A stretch of 64,000 nt of DNA from the human T2T-CHM13v2.0 reference genome, Homo sapiens. Of this stretch, positions 1-12,106 are shown piece by piece. The notes beneath the pieces were generated by a model. The model saw only the letters and a program-made list of their open reading frames with translations, was not told the origin of the DNA and made no database searches. The stretch lies in assembly GCF_009914755.1 (NCBI RefSeq), contig NC_060926.1; one strand, 5' to 3'. A program made the translations under genes and the position numbers. The first letter of the stretch is position 1. Every line of letters starts with the position of its first letter.

Positions 1-373
1 ACAAAGGATATGAACTCATCATTTTTTATGGCTGCATAGTATTCCATGGTGTATATGTGCCACATTTTCTTAACCCAGTCCATCATTGTTGGACATTTGG
101 GTTGGTTCCAAGTCTTTGCTATTGTGAATAGTGCTGCAATAAACATACGTGTGCATGTGTCTTTATAGCAGCATGATTTATAGTCCTTTGGGTATATACC
201 CAGTAATGGGATGGATGGGTCAAATGGTATTTCTAGTTCTAGATCCCCGAGGAATCACCACACTGACTTCCACAATGGTTTAACTAATTTACAGTCCCAC
301 CAACAGTGTAAAAGTGTTCCTATTTCTCCACATCCTCTCCAGCACCTGTTGTTTCCTGACTTTTTAATGATCG
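1..373 (-). mobile_element. L1PA (about PA3-PA5) 3' ORF2 fragment, 5'-truncated at 373, runs off the window start
   Basis: Reverse complement closely matches the L1PA4 copy at ~60375-60745 (gctgcatagtattccatggtg...gtttcctgactttttaatgatcg). Confidence 0.93.
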
Positions 374-700
374 TACAATGTTAAATAGAAGCACTGATAG
401 TGGACATCATGGTTCTCCAATCTCAGGGAGAAATCATTCAGCCTTTAAAAAAATAAGTGTATTAATGTAGATGTTTGCCCTTTATCAGGACAAGAAGTAT
501 CTATCCTATCCCTAGTTTGTTGATAGTATTTATTTTCTTTTTTTAAGCCTAAATGGGTGATAGATTTTTTTCAAAGATTTTCTACACTTACGGAAATGAT
601 CATCCACTTTTGCTTCTTTATTCTCTTAATATCGCAAACTGCATTAATTGGCTTTTAAATGTTTAACTTTCTTTCCCAGAATCCATCTCAATTTGATTTT
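374..700 (-). mobile_element. Old L1M ORF2 fragment
   Basis: Degenerate antisense L1 ORF2 motifs (tacaatgttaaatagaag...gtggacatc; gggagaaatcattcagcc; cctagtttgttgatagt). Confidence 0.6.
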
Positions 701-801
701 CTAGCCATGATTTTAATGGTTATCGTAAAGATTACAATGTTATTAATTTTCCACTACCTCCTTAGAATTAGTATTATACTGATTCATTTAGGTTTGTATT
801 T

Positions 802-1182
802 TATAATGGTTAATACTGAGTGTCAACTTGATTGAATTGAAGGATACAAAGTACTGATCCTGGGTGTGTCTGTGAGGGTGTTGCCAGAGGAGATTAACAT
901 TTGAGTCAGTGGACTAGGAAAGGCAGACCCACACTTAATCTGGGTGAGCACCATCTAATCAGCTGCCAGCAGGGCTAGAATATAAGCAGGCAGAAAAATA
1001 TGAAAAGAGAGACTGCCTAGCCTCCCAGCCAACATCTTTCTCCCGTGCTGGTTGCTTCCTGCCCTCGAATATCAGACTCCAGGTTCTTCAGATTTTGGAA
1101 CTTGGACTGGCTCTCCTTGCTCCTCAGCCTACAGAAGGCCTATTGTGGAACCTTTTGATCATACTAGTTAATACTTAATAAA
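802..1182 (+). mobile_element. MLT2A-type (ERVL) LTR, 3' end missing
   Basis: Characteristic start atggttaatactgagtgtcaacttgattg...gaaggatacaaagtactgatcctgggtgtgtctgtgagggtg; ends at ttaatacttaataaac. Confidence 0.88.
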
Positions 1183-1279
1183 CATGTCTTTTAAATCCTT
1201 CAGAATAATGTTGTCATTTTTGCTACAAGCAGTTTGCTTAAGAAGAAATTAATATAAAAACAAAATATAAAGAAAAAAT

Positions 1280-2400
1280 AACTGTTTGCATTTACTGAGA
1301 TATTTACCATTTTTGATACTCTTTTTTCTTTGTATGGTCTGAGATTCCATCTGATACACTAATCCTTAAAGCTAAAGAATTTTCTTTACAATTTTTTATA
1401 ATGCATGACCACTTAGTAGAAATTCATTTCATTTTATTTTGTATATCTGTTTTTCTCATTTCTAAAGAATATTTTTACTAGATGTAGAATTCTGAATTAA
1501 TAGTTTATATTTTCATCTTTTAGCCCTTTTAAAGTGCAGTTACATTCTCTTTTAATTTTCATGATTTCTACCGAGATGCCAGCATATAAATATATTGTCG
1601 TTCCTTTCTGTTTCATACATAATTTTTTTCTTGCTGCTTTCAACATTTGCTCTTTATATTTTACTCTCAAAAATTTAACTATGCTGTTACGTTTTTATTT
1701 TCTGTGATTAACTAAATTTTTATTTGTATGTTGTATGATTATTTATATTTATTTTTCTTAGTATCCATTAAGCATGTATTATATCTATAAATGACTCTTA
1801 AAATGTCTCTCTTAAAATATAGAATTTTTTTTTACTTTTTTTAAAAATAATTTTTAAACCCAATTCTTCCTAACTGCTGCTTTGGAGTTTCACATATATG
1901 TATGTAGGGCCATTTGAAATGATATAATAGGCATTTGAGGGTTTGTTCTTTATTTTATTTTATTTTTCAGTCTTTTTTGTCTATTCTTTATTTTGGAAAA
2001 TTTCTTATTGACAACATCAAGTTTATTTAATCTTTTTTCCATCATCTCCAGTCAAATGAAAAATCCATTATATTATTATTGTTTGAATTTTAGCCACAGT
2101 GTTTTCCAATTCTAGAATTTCTGTTTTGTCCCTTTTTCTATTTATATGCTGATATTTTCTAACTTTTATTACATTAAAAACATATTTTGCTTTCCTTTTT
2201 TAAAGGTAATTTTAACAGCCATTTTAAAATTCTTGTCTGGTAGTTTTTATGTTTCATTCATCTCAGGGTCAGAGTGACTTGATTTTATTTCCCCTTGAGT
2301 TTTTTTAATGTTTTGTGTTTTGATGAATTTTGATTTTATGTTTGACAGTATATAAGTTATATTGTAAATATTTAGAATGATGCTCATTTTTTTTTCTCTG
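1280..2400 (-). mobile_element. Old L1M (ORF1/5' region) fragment
   Basis: T-rich antisense L1 ORF1-like motifs (aagaatatttttactagatgtagaattctg; ctgctttcaacatttgctcttta; ttccaattctagaattt). Confidence 0.55.
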
Positions 2401-2929
2401 ATGAGTATTTTTTTAGCAGGTAATTTTCTTGCTGTATTTAAAATGCAAACCTTACAGCATAGGCAGCAACTCTCATCTTTGATATGTGTTATTTAGCAGA
2501 ATAAGTCCATTCTGCAAACACATGGTTCAAAGATTAGTCAGAAATGTCAGTAGACAGCATGGAAGAATTTTCACTGGCTCTTTCCTTTTTAAGATTCCCC
2601 CATTCATGTTACTAATGGTTCCCCCTGGCCTTAGGTTTCTAATTCTTCTCATCCAAAAGATTGTGCCTTTTCACACTGATGCCTCCTACATTTCTGGGCA
2701 GGGCATGTGGCTGGCACTTATCCTCTGGCCTAAATCTGTGCAGCTGGGGAAGTATTTTATTCCCATATCCCTCATCTCACTGGAATCTGACACCTTCTGT
2801 TTTCTCCAAGTGACTTCAAGTGGTTACCTTTCATTTAACGTTTGAATTTTATAGGGTTGATATCTATTTGGGAATTACTCTTTAGTCAGCATGCCGTAAG
2901 TTTTACTCAAAAATATCTTGTTACTACTG

Positions 2930-4600
2930 AAAAAGGCATTGTTTTCATTTTAATTTCAATTTTCAACTGTTTGTTGTTATATGTAGTAGCACAACAGATT
3001 TTTGTATATTGAGCTTGTATTCTGCAACATTACTAAACTCATTTATTAGATGATACCTTCAGATTTTCTGGAAACATAGCCATGTCATCTGAAAATAAAT
3101 TCAGTTTCATGCCTTGTTTCCCTAATGTGTACTTTTTTTATTACCTTATTGTGCTGAGTTGAATCTCCAGAAAAATATTGCACAAAACTTGTGGGCATGA
3201 ACATATTTGTCCTGTTTTCAATCTTAGAAAAAACATTTATTCTTTCACATTTAATGTTGTTATGTCCTCTCAATGAACTCATGCCTTTTCATTATGAAAT
3301 TTTATCTCAGGTTCTAAAATGCACTTTCTCTGTTATCAACATAGCCAGTCTACTGTTCATTTCAGTAGCGTTTGCAGAGTATAGCTTTTTCCATCCATCT
3401 TTACTTTTAACCTATTTGTGTTTAGGTTGATAATTTCCATTGCCCACCCCCCACTCTGGTGCCTTTTAGTACTCTATTTTCTTCTGGCTTTCATCATTTT
3501 TGACTTAAATACTGCTCTAACTTGAATCTTGTTCCTTTCTATGTAATTATTCTTTCCATTGCTGGCTGCTTTTACCACCCCCCCCTTTTTTTTAAATCAC
3601 CGATTTTAGCAATTTGATTTTAATGTGCCTTAGCATGGTTTTCTTTAATTTAATTGTACTCATGTTTTATGGACCTTCTTGGATATGTTGGTTTATGTTT
3701 GCCATCAAATTCTGAAAAGTCTCCACTATTACTTCTTTAACTGTTTTTATTGTCTTACCTTATCTTCATCTCTCCATTCATTCTCAGACTACAGTTTCAC
3801 AATTTAGATTGTTAGGTACTGTCCCAAAGCTCACTGATGTTATGTTCATTTATTTTAGGTCATTTGTCTCTCTATGATTCATTTTTAATAGTACTATTTC
3901 TGCCTTCAAGTGTGCTGAATACTTTCTTCTGCAATGTGCAATTTGCTACTAATTTCATCCAGTATATTTTCCATTTTAGATAATGTATTTTTATATCGCA
4001 AAGTTCTGTTTTATTGTTAATGTCTTTATTTCCTTTCTTCAATGTGCTTAATTTTTTCCTATAGTCTTAAACATGTGAAGTATCTTCATAATGACTGTTC
4101 TTAAAGTTCCTATCTACTAGTTCTATAAACTCTGTTATTCCAGTGACTTTTCTGTTGGTTGTTATTTTGTTCTGGATATGGGGCATATTCTCCTGCTACT
4201 TTGCATATCTGATCATTTATTGCATGCCATCTCTTTTAATTGTGTGTATTGTATTTATTTATGGACGTTAAGTATTGTTGTGTTTTTTTAAAAAATAAAT
4301 TTGTATTTTGTTTGGATGCACAAATAAATTACTTTTAACCAATTGGCTCCTTTTGAAGTCTGCTTTTAAGCTTTCTCTTGGCTGGTCCAGAGTGACCTTT
4401 AGTGCTGACCTACTAACATAGGCAGTCTCTGAGGATTCCACTCAATGTTTTGAAGATTTCAAGATCTTTCTACCCCGGCCGATAGAGAGCATTTTCTTCC
4501 CTTGGTAAAATATTCCAGCCTTGCTTAAGTTCCAGGAATTTTAAATTTTTCGACCTATTCCTCTGCTGTGGTTTATCTTCTGGCCCTGGATAGTTTATTC
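2930..4600 (-). mobile_element. Old L1M fragments (ORF2 and ORF1 pieces)
   Basis: gatttttgtatattgagcttgtattctgcaacattactaaactcatttattag (ORF2 antisense), then ORF1-like antisense motifs (cttctggctttcatcattt; ccttcaagtgtgctgaat). Confidence 0.55.
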
Positions 4601-4808
4601 TCACATTTGTACATACATATAAATACAAAGGAGGGATCTTCAAAAAGTTCGTGGGAAACACATATTATCATAACAACTATGCATGGATTTTAATATTTTT
4701 GCACCATTATAAACTCATACTGACTTGTTAAAACATGTCTGAAGGATCTAGTTTGAGGCATTAAGAAGGATAAGATATAAGTTTGAAAAGAGCCCCTAAA
4801 AAACCAAC

Positions 4809-6083
4809 ATGAATTCTGCTAACATTGACATGAGAACAAATATCAAATTCGTGGGCAGACGTGGGTGAAAGAGGGTTAAAATTATTGATGCTCTATGAAA
4901 AGTTTATGAGGCTGATGCCCCAAATAAATCAGCAGTTTTGTTACATGGATAACTTGTTCTAATAAGGAACAAGACAATTTTAAAGATAAAGCCTGAAATG
5001 ACAGATCATTCACATCGATTTGCAAAGAAAAAATTAATCTTGTGTGTGCCCCAAATGAAGAGGATTGACAATTAATAGCAGAAACAATGGCCAACACTGT
5101 AGACATCTGAATTGGTTCAGCTTACACAGTTCTGACTACAAAATTGAAGTGGAGCACACTTCCCATTCAATGGGTTCCAAAACTATTGCGTCCAGATTAG
5201 CTTCAGATGAGAGTAGAGCTTTTAGTGAAAATTTTAGATAAGTGAAATCAAGATCCTGAAGCTTTTTTTTTTAAATTTCCAACTTAATTTTAGGTTCAAG
5301 GGGTACATGAGCAGGTTTGTTACAAGGGTAAATTTCATGTTGCAGGGGTTTGGTGTACAGATTATTTTGTCACCCAGGTAATAAGCATGGTACCAGAGAG
5401 GTAGTTTTTTTGTCTTCACCCTCCTCCCACCCTCTGCCCTCAAGGCCCATGTCTATTGTTCCCTTCCTTGTGTCCTAACGCATGTCTTCAAAGAATTATA
5501 ACAGGAGGTGAAATGTGGCTCTACCAGCAGGACCCTGAAAACAATGCACAGGCGAAGCAATGGCTACCAAGTGGCGAAGGTTGTCCAATCAAAGCAAAAG
5601 CAGACCAGCCAAGAGCACAGGGCATAGCAACAGTTTTTTGGGATGTCCCAGGCGTTTGGGTGTTGAGCAGCTGGTGGGCCAAATAATGTTAACATCTGAT
5701 TATTATGAGAGTGTGTTGAGAAAGTTAGCCCCAGCTTTAGCAGAAAAACACCCAGGAATGCTTCACTATATAGTCTTTCTCCACCACGACAGTGCTTTTG
5801 CTCATTCCTCTCATCAAACAAAAGCAGTTTTGTGAGAGTTTTGATGAGAAATCATTAGACATCCAGCTTACAATCTTGATTTGGCTCCTTGTGACTTATT
5901 TTTGTTTCCTAATCTTAAAAAATTTGTTAAAGGGAAGCGATTTTTCTTTAATTAACAATGTAAAACAGATTGCATTGACTTGGTTTAATTCCCAGAACCC
6001 TAAGTTCTTTAGCAACGGACTAAATGGCTGGCATCATCATTTACAAGTGTCTTGAACTTGATGGAGCTTATATTGAGAAATAA
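4809..6083 (+). pseudogene. Hsmar2 mariner transposase pseudogene (stops, frameshifts, L1 insertion)
   Basis: ATG AAT TCT GCT at 4809; WVPK motif at ~5171; LQRIITGGEMWLYQQDPE (first catalytic D replaced by G); ATVFWD; YYESVLRKLA; LHHDSAFAH; YNLDLAPCD (YSPDL-type motif); ends GAG AAA TAA at 6083. Confidence 0.9.
5263..5474 (-). mobile_element. L1PA13-16-like 3' end inserted in Hsmar2
   Basis: Poly-T then aacttaattttaggttcaaggggtacatgagcaggtttgttac...gtcacccaggtaataagcatggtacc. Degenerate TSD tcctgaagc (5254-5262) / tcctaacgc (5473-5481). Confidence 0.88.
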
Positions 6084-6183
6084 TATTTATATTTTCAAAA
6101 TCAATTTTCTATGAAGTTTTTGAAGTCCCTTCATACAGTATCACAAAACTACATGATCTGTACATATACAAAGAATAATATAT

Positions 6184-6520
6184 GGTATATTTTTATTAGC
6201 AATATTCTCCATGTTGTATAATCGATCTCAAAAATGTATTCTTCCTGTCTAACTGATACTTGTACCCTTTGACCACATCCCCCCATTCTCTCTCCTCCAA
6301 CACCCAACCCCTGATAATCATCATTCTACTCTCTACTTACATGAGTTCTACATTTTTAGATTCCTTAATGTCTTACCAGAAAAAAATGATAAGTAGATGA
6401 AATTATGGATATATTAATTAGATTAAAATCATTCCACATTGTATACATATGTCAAAACATCACATTATACCCATAAATGTATATAATTATGATTTAATTA
6501 AGATATTAATTTTAAAAAGA
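6184..6520 (+). mobile_element. L1MA 3'UTR with inverted 5' part (6184-6365 minus, 6367-6520 plus)
   Basis: Minus piece ccatgttgtataatcgatctc...ctactctctacttacatgagttctacatttttagattcc; plus piece aaaaaaatgataagt...cattccacattgtatacatatgtcaaaacatcac ending A-rich. Confidence 0.8.
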
Positions 6521-7445
6521 AAAACAATATATAATCATATGGAAATATTGGCATTACGAATTTTTGATACCTATTTTTTCTCCATCCATCTACAGTGTTG
6601 GACAGAGAAGAGGATCACTCTCTCTCTAGCAAGCCAAGTAGTTCCCTGATCTTCTTTCCCCAAGGCTGTCACTGTCAGTAGAATCTAGAGGACTGAGCCA
6701 TGAGTTGTCCACAAACCTAATAACATCCTTGTTGTCTTCAGCACAACAAGTTTACTTACTATGCAATGTCAACAAAGTTTTATGATAAAATATTTGGACT
6801 GAAATAAACACAGTCTCGCCTGACTTTTTCAAACAGTTGTTTTTCTAATATGTTTATCCAAATAGAACTCTGCTTTAAGGAAAAGGGTGAGTACATGGGT
6901 GGAAAAACATGTTATTACAGTAATTGGGATTGTTTTCAAGGACTGCCTCATACACAGATACAGTAGAATACTGCCTACCTGCTGATATTTTAGAAGAGAT
7001 GAATAGTTTCCCTTGCCTGACAAAACACTCTCACCTACTAGTCAATCCATTGAATTATACTTTTTAAGGTCACTTAAACCTTTGAGCCCAGGAAGAGACT
7101 ATTAACCTGGGAAATGTCTCAACCCTGGCCATTATTAATAAGGATATACTTCCAAAAAATAAATTTTTAAAAAGGAATCAGCAGAGTCTTACATACCTGA
7201 AAATTTAAAAACATTGGTTTAATATTTAACCCTCAGTACTCATTCTAATACTCAGTGTTTCTTTAGTGATGAAGCCTGATGATCTTTTCTCCGCTTTGAT
7301 CTATTACATCTGACACATCTTCAGCCTACTGATTTGGGTCCTGGCATTAATAAAAAAGGCCCTCTCTCCTGTAAGTGGGGCAGAAGTCCAGACATCAAAG
7401 GGATCAGTCATCAGAGAAGAGGTCTGAAACACTAAAAAGAAAAAT

Positions 7446-7755
7446 GCCAGGTGCAGTGGCTCACACCTGTAATCACAGCACTTTGAGAGGCTGAGGCAGG
7501 TGGATCACTTGAGGTAAGGAGTTCGAGATCAGCCTGGCCAACATGGTGAAACCCTGTCTCTACAAAAAACACGAAAATTAGCCAGGTGTGATGCTGCACA
7601 CATGTAATCCCAGAAACTTGGGAGGTTGAGGTAATAGAAATGCTTGAACCCGGGAGGTAGAGGTTGCAATCAGTCGAAATAGCACCACTGCACTCCAGCC
7701 TGGGTGACAGAGAGAGACTGTCTCAAAATAAATAAATAAATAAATAATTTAATAA
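7446..7755 (+). mobile_element. AluS (Sx/Sz-like)
   Basis: Dimeric Alu with (AAAT)n tail; TSD taaaaagaaaa(a)t at 7433-7445 and 7756-7767. Confidence 0.96.
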
Positions 7756-8299
7756 TAAAAAGAAAATATCATGTATCTTAGAATTTTTCACATGAAATTT
7801 TACTGTTTCATGCAATTCAAGTGAGTTAATACCTGGTGATACGGTCTAATACTTATGTTTATTTATGGTATATTTCAGTTGTTTATGAAACAATAGCGCT
7901 TTTCAGATTGTAAATTTCAAAGTTAATACAGTTTCAGAGGTTTGTGTTTTACATCATTTTGCAAAGCAATATTCTCCTCTCTTCTAGACTATTATGCCTC
8001 AACCGTGGCTGTGTAGTGGAATCACCTGGAGAGGCAACAAGTTCTCCAACTTACACCAATCTTTGAGCACCTCCATTCAATATATGCAAAAGCATCTGGT
8101 GTATTGAAATGAGTCAGAAAAAATATAGAAATAAAAACATATATATCAATGACGGTGACATGACAGCAGGCGGGAATTTCCAATCATTCTTAACAGAATG
8201 TAAAAAGCTTATATCTGGACAATGCCCCGAGAAAGGCAGTACAAAGAAAGAAATTAACCGATAGCTGAGACCTGATTCTATGAGAAATATGCAGTATCA

Positions 8300-8520
8300 C
8301 ACAGGGATAAACAGTGCAGGTTCTGAAGCTCTGCGTCCTGGGTTTGAATTTGGTTTCTAGTAGTTAATAACAGTATGTTGAACAAATTATTTAATCTCAT
8401 GTTTTTATGTTTTTAATCTGTAAAATGGTCATAGTAATAATAGCACAGATATCATACTGTTGCTGTACGATAGGTATTGAAATGACTTGGTAAACATGAA
8501 CGTTCAAAACACATCAGCCA
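8300..8520 (+). mobile_element. MIR
   Basis: cctgggtttgaat...aacaaattatttaatctc...atctgtaaaatgg...taataatagcac core. Confidence 0.7.
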
Positions 8521-9065
8521 TGTGTGAAATGCAGAGAGTGATATTAACATATTTTATCTTTTTGTTGAAAAGGTGTCATTGTATTATTTGTTACCATTAG
8601 AGTCCATAATTTTGGTGATCCAGAGCACCTTTTATATTAAAAATGCATAAATGCATTATTTTTCATATGAGTCAATCCCTCCTCACCATGATATCTGTCA
8701 TGTATGTATCAAATATAATATGCCTTAATTGAGATGTATTTTTGTTTAAATAGAAATACTACAAAATATGTTTTCAATATCTCACTTATAATTGGATACT
8801 AATATTATAATTACTTTGCAGAAATAGATTACAATATAGCTGATAAAATGATGTAAAATTTCCATGAAAAATTTGATGTTGTTCCTTTGTTTTTCTTTTG
8901 TATACAAGAGTTGCATCAAGTCTTTGGATCCAGCGTTTACGTATCTAGCATGTAAATGTCTAATTGACTTTATCTGAATTTGTTTGTGGCATTTCAAGAT
9001 TGGTGGATATTATTCCATTCAAATGTTCTAATTAAATAGTGATAACAGTAAAACTTTATGCTGTA

Positions 9066-9595
9066 TCAGCAAATCCACTCTTAGGTATATACCCAAGAGA
9101 AACATATATACCCACGAAGACATAAACAATAATGTTCCTAGCAGCATTACTTATAACAGCCAAAAACTCAACCTAATGATCTATCACCTGATAGATGGAC
9201 AAATAAAATGTAGTACATCCAAACAATCATATATTATTCAGCGATGAAAATGAATGTAGTACTAATTGATGCTACAACATGGATCAGCCTCCTAAACACT
9301 AGGCTAATGAAAGGGACCACTTGCAGAAAAGCACATATTGTATAATTTCATTTATATGAAATGCTCAGAATAGGAAAATTGATAGAAACAGATTATTGGC
9401 TGCATGAGATTTGATGTGTGTGATTAGAAGGTGACTACAAATGGTACAGGGTTTCTCCTGGGGGTGATGAAAATGTTATAAACTTTGATTATGGTGATAG
9501 TTGCACAACTCTGCGAATATAGTAGAAAAACGGTATTGTACAATTTAAATGAATGAAATTCATTTTAAATGAAGTACATTTTAACAAACCTGTTT
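9066..9595 (+). mobile_element. Old L1M (MB/MC/ME-like) 3' end
   Basis: cagcaaatccactcttaggtatatacccaagagaa...ggtgatgaaaatgtt...ggtgatagttgcacaactctg. Confidence 0.85.
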
Positions 9596-9834
9596 GGAAA
9601 GTATATTGTTGATAATTAAATGATTTTAAACACTTCTTTTACATCTCAGCTAATGCAATTACCATTCATTTAATTATGTGAAATCAGTAAGTTATTGGAT
9701 TTTCCCATTTTTGTCATTTTTGTCACCTCATTGTTGATTTTATCTTCTACACTTCTCTTAATCCTGCCTTCTTTTCTCTGCATTTACACCTCCCCACAGG
9801 ACTAATCCCTCCTTTCTCTGAGTTTCTGGTTCAG

Positions 9835-10300
9835 AAACCTATTGCTGTGTAAGAAATCACTACAAAACTTACAGATATAAAACAATAACCACTTATTTAC
9901 TCATGATAGCATATTGGGCCAGTCTCAAAGGGGAAAAATTATTTCTGGTCAATTCCCCAGTGTTACTTAGGGAAGTCTGGCTATAGCTAAAGGATCCAAC
10001 ATGTCGTTACTCCCTTCATTGGCCCCTCAGCTCGGGTGAAGTAAATGCCTCAGAGTGGCTAGACCTCTCTCTCCACGTAGTCAGATTTTCTTTGGTGATT
10101 TAGGTAAGGAACAAAAGTGGAAGTCTCCAGGATTCTGCCAGGCTAGGCCTAGAACTTATACTAAGTCTAGTCTGCCTCATTCTATTGGTTATACACTGTA
10201 AGACCAGATCAAAGTGGTGGAGGAATAGATTCAACTTTTTAGGAGAAGAGTTAGAGGGATGAGGGGAATTGTTGGCTTCCACCTTTGCAGACAATCAGCC
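9835..10300 (-). mobile_element. MLT1 (MaLR) LTR, old (J/K-like)
   Basis: tattgctgtgtaagaaatcactacaaaactta...aaaacaataacc; tctgcctcattctattggtt; ggaggaatagattcaact. Confidence 0.65.
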
Positions 10301-10444
10301 ATAGCTCACTTCACAATTGTACTCAATTTAACTAAATTTTCCAAGAGTTATTATGATAACACACTCAAGAGTCTATTTTTAAAAACACACAAATACTCAC
10401 ACACACCTTTCTGTCACATCCTTAAGAGAAAGTTTTATTGAATT

Positions 10445-10525
10445 TTGTTTCCACAATGCCTAAGAAAGTGACTAACATAGAGCAAGTATTCAATAAAAAT
10501 CTGTTGACTACAATGCATTAATAAA
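10445..10525 (+). mobile_element. L2 3' end fragment
   Basis: acaatgcctaagaaagtgactaacatagagcaagtattcaataaaaatctgttgac. Confidence 0.5.
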
Positions 10526-10608
10526 TGCTCTCTAGGTGGCAAACACTAATCTATCTTTGGAAAATGCACTGGTCACACCTCACAGAGATAATATTTAAAA
10601 GAAAATAC

Positions 10609-10918
10609 TAAATATATATATAATATATAATATATATTATATATATTATAATATATATTATATATATAATATATATTATATATTATATATATTATATATA
10701 TATAATATATATAATATATAATATATATTATATATATAATATATATTATATATAAAATATATATTATATATTATATATAAAATATATTATATATTATATA
10801 AAATATATATAATATATAATATATGAAATATATTATATATTATATAAAATATATTATATATAATATATAATATATTAAATATATATTATATATATATTAT
10901 ATATATACTATATATATA
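10609..10918. repeat. Interrupted (TA)n / AT-only low-complexity tract, ~310 bp
   Basis: Almost only A and T (one G and one C internally), built from tatata/tataa/tatta units. Confidence 0.98.
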
Positions 10919-10965
10919 CACAATGATAAAGGTTGTGATAGAAGAAATGTCAGAAGCCAGCACAG

Positions 10966-11346
10966 TATCTTACTCCATTTAGTGTTGCTATAACAGAATA
11001 CCTGAGATGGGGTAGTTTATAAAGAAAACAGGTTTATAAGGTTCACAATTCTGGTGCTGTAAAGTTAAAAACTGTGCATCTCCATCTGGTGAGGACCTCC
11101 GGGGCTGCTCCAATTGATGGTGGAAAGTGGAAAAAGAGGCAGCACTGTGTGCGGAAATTACACTTGAGGGGGTGGGGTGTCAAACTAATAGAGTGAGAAC
11201 TCCCCCTGATGGAGGGCTTTCACCTATTTATGAGGGATTTGCCCCAAGGACCCAAACACCTCCCACCAGCCTCCACTTTCCACTGCTACACTAGAGACTG
11301 AATTTCAACTTAAGGTTTGAAGAGGACAAACAACCAAACCACAGCA
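10966..11346 (-). mobile_element. MST-type (MaLR) solo LTR (MSTB/C-like)
   Basis: tatcttactccatttagtgttgctataacagaatacctgag...tttcaacttaaggtttgaagaggacaaacaaccaaaccacagca; both termini are recognisable. Confidence 0.88.
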
Positions 11347-12106
11347 CATATAACAGAAAGTAAGAGTATAAATCAGGCTAGTCTAGGAAGTGTTCGGTAA
11401 GATTTCCCAGAGGAGTTGATAACAAAGCACAAACTAAAAAGCTGAGTAGAATAAGCATTATATTGTATGCTTGTTCACGTTGGCTGAATGTGTGACCTCT
11501 AATCGACATGTTATAATCTGATCTGTATCAAACTTAGTTTATTGTCTTCAGTCTGGTCTAGCCTGACATAGCTTTATCCTCAACTTTAGAATTCATTTCC
11601 AGCTACTTTGGAAAAATACCCTGACAGAAAACCTAGCTTATGGCTATTGTCACCTAACTTGGGTTGAGTGATCAGAATTTTGGTCACTAAAAATGCAGAA
11701 AATATTAGAGCCCAGGAAAAAGAAAGTTGAGAAAAAGAGATTTATAAATCATCCTGAAATTATGTATCTGAAAAATTGCATATTTTTGTATTCAACTAGT
11801 ATATGTAAGAAACAAAAAGAAATAATTATTGTATTTTTGCAAAAAACCCTAGGAATTATTTGTGATAAATTTCCTAGAGACAAGGTGAATAAAATCCATT
11901 TTCTATCCTATGAAGATGTTATTTTAATACATCTAAAATGTCAGACCTAATTCATATTTCATTTGTGTCAGAAGTGTCTAGCAGTCTCCTTAAAATGTAA
12001 TAGGAGTATCAGTTATTTGATCACGTTTTCAAAGGAGTATGTGCATGTGTATATGTGTGTGTATATGTCTGTACTTAACACTCACTTGTGCACCTCGTGT
12101 GGGAAA

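Larger units (their letters stand above)
4630..6133 (+). mobile_element. Hsmar2 (HSMAR2) mariner DNA transposon, full-length and decayed, interrupted by an L1 fragment
   Basis: Left TIR gagggatcttcaaaaagttcgtgggaaa and right TIR ttttctatgaagtttttgaagtcccttca followed by TA (6134-6135). Internal transposase remnants are present. Confidence 0.93.

Noticed and set aside
2486-2845. 119-aa ORF
   Set aside because: Non-ATG start, no recognisable domain, and it lies among decayed L1 fragments.
5456-6055. Three overlapping ORFs as a domesticated transposase gene
   Set aside because: They are frameshifted pieces of one Hsmar2 pseudogene with the first catalytic Asp lost.
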